From Acidimicrobiaceae bacterium (GTDB lineage Bacteria > Actinomycetota > Acidimicrobiia > Acidimicrobiales > RAAP-2), in NCBI GenBank assembly GCA_043784065.1, contig JAYVYR010000002.1, positions 13,521 through 77,520 of the forward strand: DNA of 64,000 nucleotides. Reading direction: 5' to 3'. Shown piece after piece: positions 17,768 to 27,836 of this stretch; within the stretch, counting starts at the first letter, position 1, and each line of letters opens with the position of its first letter. The notes below the pieces were generated by a model. That model was not told the origin of the DNA. It saw nothing but the letters and a program-made list of their open reading frames with translations, and made no database searches. The position numbers were made by a program, and so were the translations under genes.

Positions 17768-19093
17768 TCAGGCGGACGGAACACTGGAAGGGAACGGTCT
17801 ACCGGCTGTCGAATAGGCCTGGCGGAGGACGGAAGCGGCCTGAGACACCACGGCAACCGGCGGCTTGGACGCCAGGAACAGGGTGAACTGGTCAACAGCA
17901 CCGGAGGCATTTGCCTCCTGTTGGAGCATAAATGTGCCCAGGTAGAGGTGAGCAGCGTAGTCACCAGGGTTCAAGGTGGCGGCCTGATTCAGTTTCACGC
18001 GGGCGTCGCTGATCAGCGACGTGCTGGCTCCCTGCCGCCCGATCCGGTACTCCAGCCAGCCAAGCTGTGCGAGGGCTACCTCGTTGGCCGGATGGGAGGT
18101 GAGGATGGTCTGGTAGAGCTGGGCGGCCTGACCCAGCTGCCCTTGATTCTCGACGGCGGCGGCCTGATCGAGCGAGCGCGCCATCTGTTGACTTGGACTC
18201 AGGCTCACCGAGCCGGTGGCCGTCTGGCCGGGCAGGCGGGAGTGGGCGAACAGGGGGACGGCCATCGCCAGCGCGACCACGAAACAGCCGATCGACCCGA
18301 TCAGGAACCACCGATTCCGGCCATGCCGACGGGAAGCGGTCTGCGTCATTGCGGCTACGGGGGATCCCGGTCCGGCGGCCGCATCGTCGACGGCCTCGGC
18401 CGTCCATTTGGCCGTGGAGCCGGCAGCAGAGGCCGTTGTGACCGCAGGCTTCATGGCCGTGGCGGCAGTCGTGGCGGCCGTGGTGGTTGGCCTAGTGGCC
18501 GTCGCTGGTCCAAGTGCGGCCAGGCGGACCAGGTCACGCTGGCGCAGCACCAGGTAGTCACCATCCTCCAGGTCGCCGGCCAGGTACTCGGCGTCGGCGT
18601 CGGCCAATGAACTGGTGAGGAACTGCCGGCGCTCGTCGAGGGCCACAGGATCGACCACCCGACCCCGCACGTCGGCGTCGAGGTCACCGGTCCCGCGCCG
18701 GCGCCGTTGGACCAGCACCACTACAAGGGCAGCCAGACCGGCAAGCCCGCCAGCGATGGGCAGCACCCAGACCAGGGCCGACCAACCACTGGTCGACGGA
18801 TCGAGGACGATGGCCGAGCCGTAGCGGGCGACGAGGTAGTCCTTGATCTGCTGGTCGCTCTTCCCCTGGTCGACCAGGTGCGCCACTGTTGCCCGCACCG
18901 TGATGGCGGTCGGCGCGCTCGATACACCGACCGACAGATCCTCACAGCTCGGGCACCGGATCACCGCCTCTACCGAGGCGGCCCGCTGGGCGTTGGTCGG
19001 AGGGGTGGACGAGAAGACGCCATTACCGACCAGCAGGGCGACCACCAGGACCACCCCCAGCAGCGTCCACAGAGGAAACTGCCGGGACCTCAT
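17768..19093 (-). CDS. ccmH: Cytochrome c maturation protein CcmH fused to a TPR (CcmI-like) domain
   Basis: Signal/TM segment, then IRCPSCEDLSV (the CcmH CxxC motif), a second TM segment, an Ala/Thr-rich linker and C-terminal TPR-like repeats. 4-nt overlap with ccmG. Confidence 0.75.
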   Translation of the reverse strand: MRSRQFPLWTLLGVVLVVALLVGNGVFSSTPPTNAQRAASVEAVIRCPSCEDLSVGVSSAPTAITVRATVAHLVDQGKSDQQIKDYLVARYGSAIVLDPSTSGWSALVWVLPIAGGLAGLAALVVVLVQRRRRGTGDLDADVRGRVVDPVALDERRQFLTSSLADADAEYLAGDLEDGDYLVLRQRDLVRLAALGPATATRPTTTAATTAATAMKPAVTTASAAGSTAKWTAEAVDDAAAGPGSPVAAMTQTASRRHGRNRWFLIGSIGCFVVALAMAVPLFAHSRLPGQTATGSVSLSPSQQMARSLDQAAAVENQGQLGQAAQLYQTILTSHPANEVALAQLGWLEYRIGRQGASTSLISDARVKLNQAATLNPGDYAAHLYLGTFMLQQEANASGAVDQFTLFLASKPPVAVVSQAASVLRQAYSTAGRPFPSSVPSA

Positions 19094-19686
19094 GCTCCTG
19101 CCGTCTTGGCCCGAGCGATCAACTGGTTGAGGTCGGTAGCCGTCACCGGGGCCACGATGTAGGCCACCACCCGGCCGTCAGGGGCGATCAGGAAGGTCGA
19201 GGGAGGGGCCCGGACCCCGAAGCTGAGAGCCAGGGCGCCTGCCGGATCGGTCAGCGTCGGCCAGGTCGCACCCAGGGTCGCCTGGTACGAGCGGGCGACC
19301 GAGCTGGTGTCGTCGAAGACCACGCTGACCATCCGAGCGTCACCCGACTGGCTGTGCTGGAAGGCGAACTTCACCAGCTCGGGCCCTTCGGTCTGACATG
19401 GCGTACACCAGCTGGCGAAGAAGTTGACCACTACGAAGCTGCCCGATGGACGAGGCAGAACGAAAGTCGAGCCGTCGACCGTCGTTCCGCCAACGGCGGG
19501 AACCGGTTTGCCGACCAACGGGCTCTGCACCTCGACCACGGCAGCGGGTGGACGCGTCGCCAGCACGGCGATCAGTCCGGCGGCAACCACGAGGACGGTC
19601 AGCGCTACCCAGCGGGCCGTGTGACGGGTCTGCTGCGAGGGCGCGCCGGAGGCCGGTGCCAACGCTGGAGCCGCGACGTCAGTCAC
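19090..19686 (-). CDS. ccmG: Thiol:disulfide oxidoreductase CcmG/DsbE (TlpA/ResA-like)
   Basis: N-terminal TM anchor and the thioredoxin motif FFASWCTPCQTEGPEL. 4-nt overlaps with ccmF and ccmH. Confidence 0.8.
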   Translation of the reverse strand: MTDVAAPALAPASGAPSQQTRHTARWVALTVLVVAAGLIAVLATRPPAAVVEVQSPLVGKPVPAVGGTTVDGSTFVLPRPSGSFVVVNFFASWCTPCQTEGPELVKFAFQHSQSGDARMVSVVFDDTSSVARSYQATLGATWPTLTDPAGALALSFGVRAPPSTFLIAPDGRVVAYIVAPVTATDLNQLIARAKTAGA

Positions 19687-21776
19687 GGGGCCTCCCCCGC
19701 CCCGACAGGCAGGCGTAGAGCCGGCCGGGAGGCTGTCGGGACCACTTCAAGTTCAGATTCGACATGCGGCTCGACGGGCGGTGCGGCGCCCGCCACCGGG
19801 GCCGACACCGGGTCGGTGGGACGGCGACGCTTGCCGGGGATGGCCGACAGGATCGACCCCACCACGATCAGTGCCCCGCCGATCCACAGCCACATGACCA
19901 TGGGTTGGACGACCACGCCGAAGGTCCAGGCCCCTCCGTGGTCGGGGATCGAGTTGATGGTCAGGTAGACGTCGGAGGTGATGCTCGAGTCGACCGCAGG
20001 GGTGCCGACGGGCTGGGTACCCCTCCCGAACCGGCTGATGGCCGGCGTGAATACGGCCCCGCCATCGACCCGGAGCAGGGCCTGCTGGCTGACGTGCGAA
20101 GGGGTCCGGATGACCCGGGTGCCGACGAACTCGACGGTGTGACCGGCGAACCTACCGGTCTGGCCGTGGGCGAGCACCACTGTGCCCCGCTGGCCGAACG
20201 CGGTGGCCGCCGTGAGACCTACGGCGAGCACGACCACGCCGATATGGACGATCATCCCGCCATTGGCGCGGCCCACCAGCCCGCGCCACCCGGCCAGCGC
20301 CGCCCGGGCCGGCGAAACACCGGCCAGGCGGGCCGAACGCCAGGCGCCCCGGACCGACAGCACCAGGGCCCGACCGGCTGACGCGGCGGCGAAGGCGCCG
20401 AGCCCGAAGGCGAGCAGCGGCTCGATGCCGGTGATGCCGGCAAGCACGCAGCCCACCACTACGGCCACGCCGATACTGGCGGGCACGGCCAGGCGGCCCC
20501 TCATCACGGCGGCCGAGGATTTGCGCCACGGCAGAGCGGGAGCGACGGCCATCAAGAACAGCAGCCCGAGGCCGACGGGGATGACAAGCCGGTTGAAGTA
20601 CGGGGCGCCGACCGACACCTGGGCACCACTGTTGAGCGCCTCGTAGAGGAGAGGGAAGACGGTGCCGAGGAGCACGATGAAGGCGAACAGGACGAAGAAG
20701 AGGTTGTTGGCCAGGAACGCCCCTTCACGGCTCACGACTGAGTCGATCCCGCCACCCGAGCGCAACCGGTCGCCTCGCCAGGCGATGAGACCGACACCGA
20801 CCACGATGACGAGGCCGAAGAAGCCGAGGAGCAGTGGCCCGATCGACGAGGTGGAGAATGAGTGGACCGACTGGATCACACCGGAACGGGTCAGGAATGT
20901 GCCGAGGATGGTGAGGCTGAACGTGGCGATGACCAGCGAAAGGTTCCACACCCGCAGCAGGCCCCGCCGCTGCTGGACCATGACGGAATGGAGGTAGGCG
21001 GTGCCCACCAGCCAGGGCAGCAACGAGGCGTTCTCCACCGGATCCCATGCCCAGAATCCGCCCCATCCGAGCACCTGGTAAGACCACCATGCACCCAAGA
21101 CGATGCCGATGGTCAAGAAGGTCCAGGCGAACAGGGTCCACCGTCGGATCTCCCCCTGCCAGTCCGCGTCGACCCGTCCGGTGACCAACGAGGCCACGGC
21201 GAACGCGAACGGGAGCGTGAACCCGACCAGCCCCAGGTAGAGCATGGGCGGATGAAACAGAACCAGTGGATTGTCCTGGAGAAGGACGTTAGGACCGAGT
21301 CCGTCGGGTGGGATCGCCCCCGACACGTGAGCGAACGGGTCGGCCGGCCCGAGCATCAGCCCGAAGAAGAACGCGCACACCACATACATGACCAGCGTCG
21401 CCCAGGCCACCAGTTGGTCGTCGGCTTTGGCCCGGAAGCGCCAGACCATGGCGGTCACGTAGATCCCGAGGGTGATTCCCCACAGCAGGATCGAGCCGGC
21501 CAGGGCCGACCACATGCCGGTGATCGAGTAGATGAGCGGAGTCGATCGACTGTTGTTGTCAGCCACATAGGAGAGGGAGAAATCATGGGTGATCAGCGAC
21601 CGCTGCATGGCGGCTACGGCCACGACCCCACCCAGCAGGATGATCGGCGCGTAGAGCCGGCCGCCCCGCAGCTGGCCCGGGCGCCTGCGCACCAGTCCGA
21701 CGACCAGCACCACGATCCCGACGACGGCAGCCGCGAAACCGAGCAGGACACCGGTGTGTCCGAGGGTGCCGTTCAT
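19683..21776 (-). CDS. ccmF: Cytochrome c heme lyase subunit CcmF
   Basis: 697-aa polytopic protein with the WWD motif WGGFWAWDPVENASLLPWL. Confidence 0.9.
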   Translation of the reverse strand: MNGTLGHTGVLLGFAAAVVGIVVLVVGLVRRRPGQLRGGRLYAPIILLGGVVAVAAMQRSLITHDFSLSYVADNNSRSTPLIYSITGMWSALAGSILLWGITLGIYVTAMVWRFRAKADDQLVAWATLVMYVVCAFFFGLMLGPADPFAHVSGAIPPDGLGPNVLLQDNPLVLFHPPMLYLGLVGFTLPFAFAVASLVTGRVDADWQGEIRRWTLFAWTFLTIGIVLGAWWSYQVLGWGGFWAWDPVENASLLPWLVGTAYLHSVMVQQRRGLLRVWNLSLVIATFSLTILGTFLTRSGVIQSVHSFSTSSIGPLLLGFFGLVIVVGVGLIAWRGDRLRSGGGIDSVVSREGAFLANNLFFVLFAFIVLLGTVFPLLYEALNSGAQVSVGAPYFNRLVIPVGLGLLFLMAVAPALPWRKSSAAVMRGRLAVPASIGVAVVVGCVLAGITGIEPLLAFGLGAFAAASAGRALVLSVRGAWRSARLAGVSPARAALAGWRGLVGRANGGMIVHIGVVVLAVGLTAATAFGQRGTVVLAHGQTGRFAGHTVEFVGTRVIRTPSHVSQQALLRVDGGAVFTPAISRFGRGTQPVGTPAVDSSITSDVYLTINSIPDHGGAWTFGVVVQPMVMWLWIGGALIVVGSILSAIPGKRRRPTDPVSAPVAGAAPPVEPHVESELEVVPTASRPALRLPVGAGEAP

Positions 21777-21816
21777 TGCGGACCGGGACCGGTGGCGAGG
21801 TGGAGCGGGTTGATCG

Positions 21817-22323
21817 TCACCGCTTGGAGCCGTTCGGGGCCGTCACCCGAGACGGGTGTTGGGCGATGTACGTCGACGAGTGCTTGACCAGGATCTGGTC
21901 GGACACGAACGTATCGCCCTGGAAGTGGCCTACGGCGATGACCGGAATATTCCCCTGGAACAACTGGGGCGGGCTCGAGGTGTTGTGCACGGCAAGGTGG
22001 ACCGCACCGGAGGTGACGACGAAGTTCACACCGTCGGTGGAGGAGTGGATCGACCCGGGGACCACCACACCCTCCACGTTGATCGTCTTGTCCCCCAACG
22101 TCACTTTCTGGGCTACCGCCTGATCGGCCGGTATGTAGAAATTCAGCGCCGAACCGAGCCCTTTGACGAGGAGAAACATCAGAGCGCAGACCAGAACGAT
22201 GCCTATCACCACGTAGCGGGCAGTGTGCTTGGGAGCACTATGTGGGACCCGGCGAACGGGCGGGGGGCCGGCGTCCAGGGCGCTTCCGGTCGTGGGCGGA
22301 ACAGTCGGAGGTGCGGTGGTCAC
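21817..22323 (-). CDS. ccmE: Heme chaperone CcmE
   Basis: TM anchor plus OB-fold region, with the heme-binding HxxxY motif (VKHSSTY) near the C-terminus. GTG start. Confidence 0.85.
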   Translation of the reverse strand: MTTAPPTVPPTTGSALDAGPPPVRRVPHSAPKHTARYVVIGIVLVCALMFLLVKGLGSALNFYIPADQAVAQKVTLGDKTINVEGVVVPGSIHSSTDGVNFVVTSGAVHLAVHNTSSPPQLFQGNIPVIAVGHFQGDTFVSDQILVKHSSTYIAQHPSRVTAPNGSKR

Positions 22324-22478
22324 GGGACCACTGCGCCGACGGGGCTGGTCGCAGCCGGGCTGGCGCCGGCCGCCCGGTCGACAGCCTCAGCCAGGCGACG
22401 GCGGCGCCACACCAACTGCACCGAATACAGAGCCAGGGTGCAGAGGACGAAAACATAGCCGGCGACGACGTAACGCAT
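22320..22478 (-). CDS. ccmD: Heme exporter protein CcmD (52 aa, absent from the ORF track)
   Basis: Manual translation gives MRYVVAGYVFVLCTLALYSVQLVWRRRRLAEAVDRAAGASPAATSPVGAVVP: one TM helix followed by an Arg cluster, as in CcmD. The ATG overlaps the ccmC stop (TGATG) and the stop overlaps the ccmE start (GTGA), filling the only gap in ccmABC-EFGH. Confidence 0.55.
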   Translation of the reverse strand: MRYVVAGYVFVLCTLALYSVQLVWRRRRLAEAVDRAAGASPAATSPVGAVVP

Positions 22479-23446
22479 CAGGCCACCACCACCCGGTCAG
22501 TTGACGGCCCATCGACCGCACCCGACTCGACTGGTCCCCCGTCGACCGATCTGCCGTTGACCGATCCACCGTCGACCGGTCCCTCGTCGAAAAGTCCCCC
22601 GTCGAAGGGTCCCCCGCCCTCGGACTGACGCTCGACCAGGGCTAGGTCGAGTTCATTGGCGGCCAGCCAGTCCTCGAGCACGCCGATGCGGTAGCGGACA
22701 AGGAGCATCCACACGAAAACCAGGGTCAGTGCCACGAAGCCGAGTAGCAGGGTCAACGCCATCGAGCCGTGGATCTTCAACTTCAACCCGGGATTGAGCA
22801 CGGTGGCTCCTTGATGCAGGGTATTCCACCAGTTGACCGAAAAATGGACGAGCGGGACATCGATGGCGGCGAACAAGGCAACGAATGCGCTCCGCCGGGC
22901 CCGGACTTCTGGTTCGGCGGGAATCCGCCGCAGGGCCAGGTAGCCGAGGAACAGGACGAGCAGGACAGCCGTCAGTGTGAGCCGGGCATCCCATGCCCAC
23001 CACACGCCCCATGTCGGCTTGCCCCAGATCGAGCCCGACACGAGAGTGCAGACGTTGAATACCACACCGACTTCAACGGCGGCAGCGGCCAGGCGGTCCC
23101 AGAACAGCGACCGGGACCTGGGCCACAGGTAGAGGAGGCTGGACACGGCGGCCAGGCCGAAGGCGAGGTAGAGCGCGACCCAGGCCACACCGGGGTGGAT
23201 GTAGACAAGGCGGACAAGGTCACCCTGGATCTTGTCCGGCGGAGTCACCCATATGCCGAGCCACACCGTGGCGACGGTGCCGACCAGGGAGACGATGCCG
23301 ATGGACCGTTCGACCGCCTTCGAGCGGGACGATCGAACGGGAACAGAGGTCACTGCTGTATTCGTCACCGGGGCGGCAGGCGGATGGACTACGGGTGCCA
23401 GTCCGGATCCATCCTTGACTGCAGAGGTGGACAGGTCGTCGGTCAT
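22478..23446 (-). CDS. ccmC: Heme exporter protein CcmC
   Basis: WWD motif WGVWWAWDARLT. Start at ATG 23446 (MTDDLS) gives a 4-nt overlap with the ccmB stop; the first 95 codons of the track ORF overlap ccmB out of frame. Pentapeptide-repeat C-terminal tail. Confidence 0.85.
   Translation of the reverse strand: MTDDLSTSAVKDGSGLAPVVHPPAAPVTNTAVTSVPVRSSRSKAVERSIGIVSLVGTVATVWLGIWVTPPDKIQGDLVRLVYIHPGVAWVALYLAFGLAAVSSLLYLWPRSRSLFWDRLAAAAVEVGVVFNVCTLVSGSIWGKPTWGVWWAWDARLTLTAVLLVLFLGYLALRRIPAEPEVRARRSAFVALFAAIDVPLVHFSVNWWNTLHQGATVLNPGLKLKIHGSMALTLLLGFVALTLVFVWMLLVRYRIGVLEDWLAANELDLALVERQSEGGGPFDGGLFDEGPVDGGSVNGRSVDGGPVESGAVDGPSTDRVVVA
22509..22613. repeat. Seven tandem degenerate 15-nt units (consensus about CCGTCGACCGRTCCC) inside the ccmC 3' end
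   Basis: Read directly: ccatcgaccgcaccc / gactcgactggtccc / ccgtcgaccgatctg / ccgttgaccgatcca / ccgtcgaccggtccc / tcgtcgaaaagtccc / ccgtcgaagggtccc. These encode GPFDG GLFDE GPVDG GSVNG RSVDG GPVES GAVDG. Confidence 0.8.
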
Positions 23447-24114
23447 GCCGTCTCCTGGATGGGGCCGAACAGGATCACGCCGATGGCCAGATAGACAGCG
23501 TCGAATACGACCAGCAACCGCAGCCACTGCATGCCGGTGGCCGGAGTCCCTCCGGCCATGGCGGCCTGCCAGATCCGGGTGCCGGCCAGCAGTACCGGCG
23601 CGGCGATGGGCAGGAGCAGGAAGGGAAGCAACGTTTCGCGCACGCGGAGGCCCGAGGACAGGGCGCCGTAGAGAGTACCGGTAGCGGCCAGACCGATGGT
23701 ACCGAGCAGGCAGGAGACCACCATCATCCACGGGACTTCGATTCGGGCGCCGTACAGAAGAACGACACCGACGGTCAGAAGCAACTCGAGAACGATCAGC
23801 TGGGCGGCCACGGCGAACGCCTTGCCCAGGTAGAGCCCGGCCGGGTCGATGCCCGAGAGACGCAGCCCGTCGCGGGCGCCGTCGGACGACTCCACCGACA
23901 CACTGCGCTGGATGGCCTGCACCGTGCAGAACAGGACGGCAACCCAGAAGAGTCCGGGGGCACCCTTGGCCATCACCTGGCGATCGGGGCCGAGGGCGAA
24001 GGCGAACAGAACCAGGGCCACGATCCCGAACGGAGCGACCTGGGACAGGGCGACCCGCGAGCGTCCCTCGATGCGCAGGTCCTTCCCGGCCACCAGGGCG
24101 GCATCACGCCACAT
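23443..24114 (-). CDS. ccmB: Heme exporter permease CcmB
   Basis: 223-aa six-TM protein. The N-terminus MWRDAALVAGKDLRIE... is typical of CcmB, and it sits between ccmA and ccmC. Confidence 0.85.
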   Translation of the reverse strand: MWRDAALVAGKDLRIEGRSRVALSQVAPFGIVALVLFAFALGPDRQVMAKGAPGLFWVAVLFCTVQAIQRSVSVESSDGARDGLRLSGIDPAGLYLGKAFAVAAQLIVLELLLTVGVVLLYGARIEVPWMMVVSCLLGTIGLAATGTLYGALSSGLRVRETLLPFLLLPIAAPVLLAGTRIWQAAMAGGTPATGMQWLRLLVVFDAVYLAIGVILFGPIQETA

Positions 24115-24919
24115 GGGCCACCTGTCCTTCTAACCCTGCGGGGCCTGGCGCATCGACATCCGGTCCCTTGGCCTCCGGTCCCTCGACGACCGGCTCGTCG
24201 ACGACCAGCTCGTCGACGTCACTCGAAGGGGAACGTCCACCATCCGCCTGGATGAGGGTTCGCTCCCCTGTTATCCGTCCGCCAGTCACCTTGACCGCAC
24301 GGGAGGCCAGCTCCGCCACGGCGCCCGATTCGTGGCTGGCGATAAGTACGGTCACCCCGCTGGCCGCCGCCTCGAGGATCACATGGTCGAGCAGAGCCCG
24401 GGCGGCGGCGTCGAGGCCGGCGTGGGGCTCGTCGAGCAGCCACAGCTCCGGCCACCGGGCCGTCAGCACTGCCAAAGCCACCCGCCGGCGCTGACCGGCA
24501 GAGAGTCTTCCGGCCGAGGTCTTGGCCAGACGGCCGATCAGGCCCCACCGCTCACATGCCGGGTCGATCCGCGAGACGTCGCCCCCGGCGGCCCGGACGG
24601 CGAACCGTACGTTCTCCCGCACGGTGAGGTCGTCGTAGAGGTGTGAGCCGTGGGAAAGAAGTCCGACCCGTCGGCGCACGGCGGTCCGGTTCCGGTAGGG
24701 ATCGAGCCCGAACACGGAGAGGCGACCGGAGGCCAGGGGCACCAGACCGGCACATACCCGCAACAGGCTCGTCTTGCCAGCACCGTTCGGGCCTTCGACC
24801 AGGATCGTCTCGCCTACGGCCACCTCAAGATCGACTCCGGACAGCAGTGGGAACCGACCCGAGAGCGCGACTGCGTCGCAAAGGGAGACTGCGGAGGTGG
24901 GGAAAGCAGTGGTGGCCAT
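24104..24919 (-). CDS. ccmA: Heme ABC exporter ATP-binding protein CcmA
   Basis: Walker A GPNGAGKTS, signature LSAGQRRR and Walker B LWLLDEP. Acidic repeat tail of about 50 aa at the C-terminus. Confidence 0.85.
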   Translation of the reverse strand: MATTAFPTSAVSLCDAVALSGRFPLLSGVDLEVAVGETILVEGPNGAGKTSLLRVCAGLVPLASGRLSVFGLDPYRNRTAVRRRVGLLSHGSHLYDDLTVRENVRFAVRAAGGDVSRIDPACERWGLIGRLAKTSAGRLSAGQRRRVALAVLTARWPELWLLDEPHAGLDAAARALLDHVILEAAASGVTVLIASHESGAVAELASRAVKVTGGRITGERTLIQADGGRSPSSDVDELVVDEPVVEGPEAKGPDVDAPGPAGLEGQVAHVA

Positions 24920-25036
24920 GAGCTGCCGCCAATGCTACGGGGGCCGGCAGCCGGTAGCCAGACGGGGGTCAGGGGCTGATCCTGAACCCAGATCCGACTC
25001 CGACCCGGGTCCCCGGCCCCGGGGGGAATTCGGGCC

Positions 25037-25975
25037 TCAGCTGCTCGACAGCCGGTTGAGGTGGAGGTCACGAAGCCACGTGGAGATATGTGCCGACAGC
25101 ACATCCACATTGTGGGTCAGCAGCACCAGACCGAAGGCCATCAGGATCACCCCTCCGACCAGATCGACGATGCGCAGTCGGCCCTTGACCTTGGCCAGCA
25201 GGTCTGTCATCCGTCCAAAGGCCAAGCCGAAAAGGAGGAACGGGACCCCGAGGCCCAGGGAGTAGGCCAGCAGCAGGGCGATCCCCCCGGTGGCCGAGCC
25301 ACCGGTGCCGGCCGCCAGGGCCAGGACGCTCCCGAGCACCGGTCCGACGCAAGGAGTCCAGGCGAACGCGAAGGCCACGCCCATCACCGGGGGCGCCCAG
25401 GCGCCAAGCACCGAAGGTCGGACGATGAATCGTTTCTCACCCGAGAAGGCCATGGGCAGGGTGACGCCGATGGCCATGCCCACCAGTACCGCACCGAACG
25501 CCACGATCAAGATGCCGGAAACCAATTCCAGAACGTGCTGATGGGTGAGGAACAGGCGGCCGATCGATGAGGCCGAGGCACCCAGGATGGTGAATACCAC
25601 TGTGAATCCAGCGATGAAAGCGAGCATGCCCCGGAGCAGCCGGCCACGCCGGCTACGTAACTCGTCGGGCCCCGGCCCGGCTACGGACTCGGGCTCGAGT
25701 TCGGGGGCGTCGTCCCCCACTACGCCCGTCATGTACGGCGCGGTCGGATCCGAATTCGCCCCGCTGCCCACCGTTACCGGGACCGGCGCGTGCGCCGGAG
25801 CAGGGCTGGTGCCCAGGACGGAAAGCTCAGCGGCCGTGAGCCCGGACACCATTGACAAGTAGGCCGGTACCAGGGGCAGGACGCACGGCGACAGGAACGA
25901 GAGCATGCCGGCGCCGAAGGCCACCAAGAGCCCGAGCGGGTCGGCGTGGAGTATCAGCGCTACGACCATGACCAA
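25037..25975 (-). CDS. ccdA: Cytochrome c biogenesis thiol-reductant transporter CcdA (DsbD family)
   Basis: FLSPCVLPLVPAYLS and the second conserved Cys region WTPCVGPVLGS. Has an unusually long Pro/Ala/acidic loop after TM2. Confidence 0.85.
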   Translation of the reverse strand: MVMVVALILHADPLGLLVAFGAGMLSFLSPCVLPLVPAYLSMVSGLTAAELSVLGTSPAPAHAPVPVTVGSGANSDPTAPYMTGVVGDDAPELEPESVAGPGPDELRSRRGRLLRGMLAFIAGFTVVFTILGASASSIGRLFLTHQHVLELVSGILIVAFGAVLVGMAIGVTLPMAFSGEKRFIVRPSVLGAWAPPVMGVAFAFAWTPCVGPVLGSVLALAAGTGGSATGGIALLLAYSLGLGVPFLLFGLAFGRMTDLLAKVKGRLRIVDLVGGVILMAFGLVLLTHNVDVLSAHISTWLRDLHLNRLSSS

Positions 25976-25978
25976 CCT

Positions 25979-27818
<1,840 letters not shown>

Positions 27819-27836
27819 GCTGGTGATGCCGTTGTC

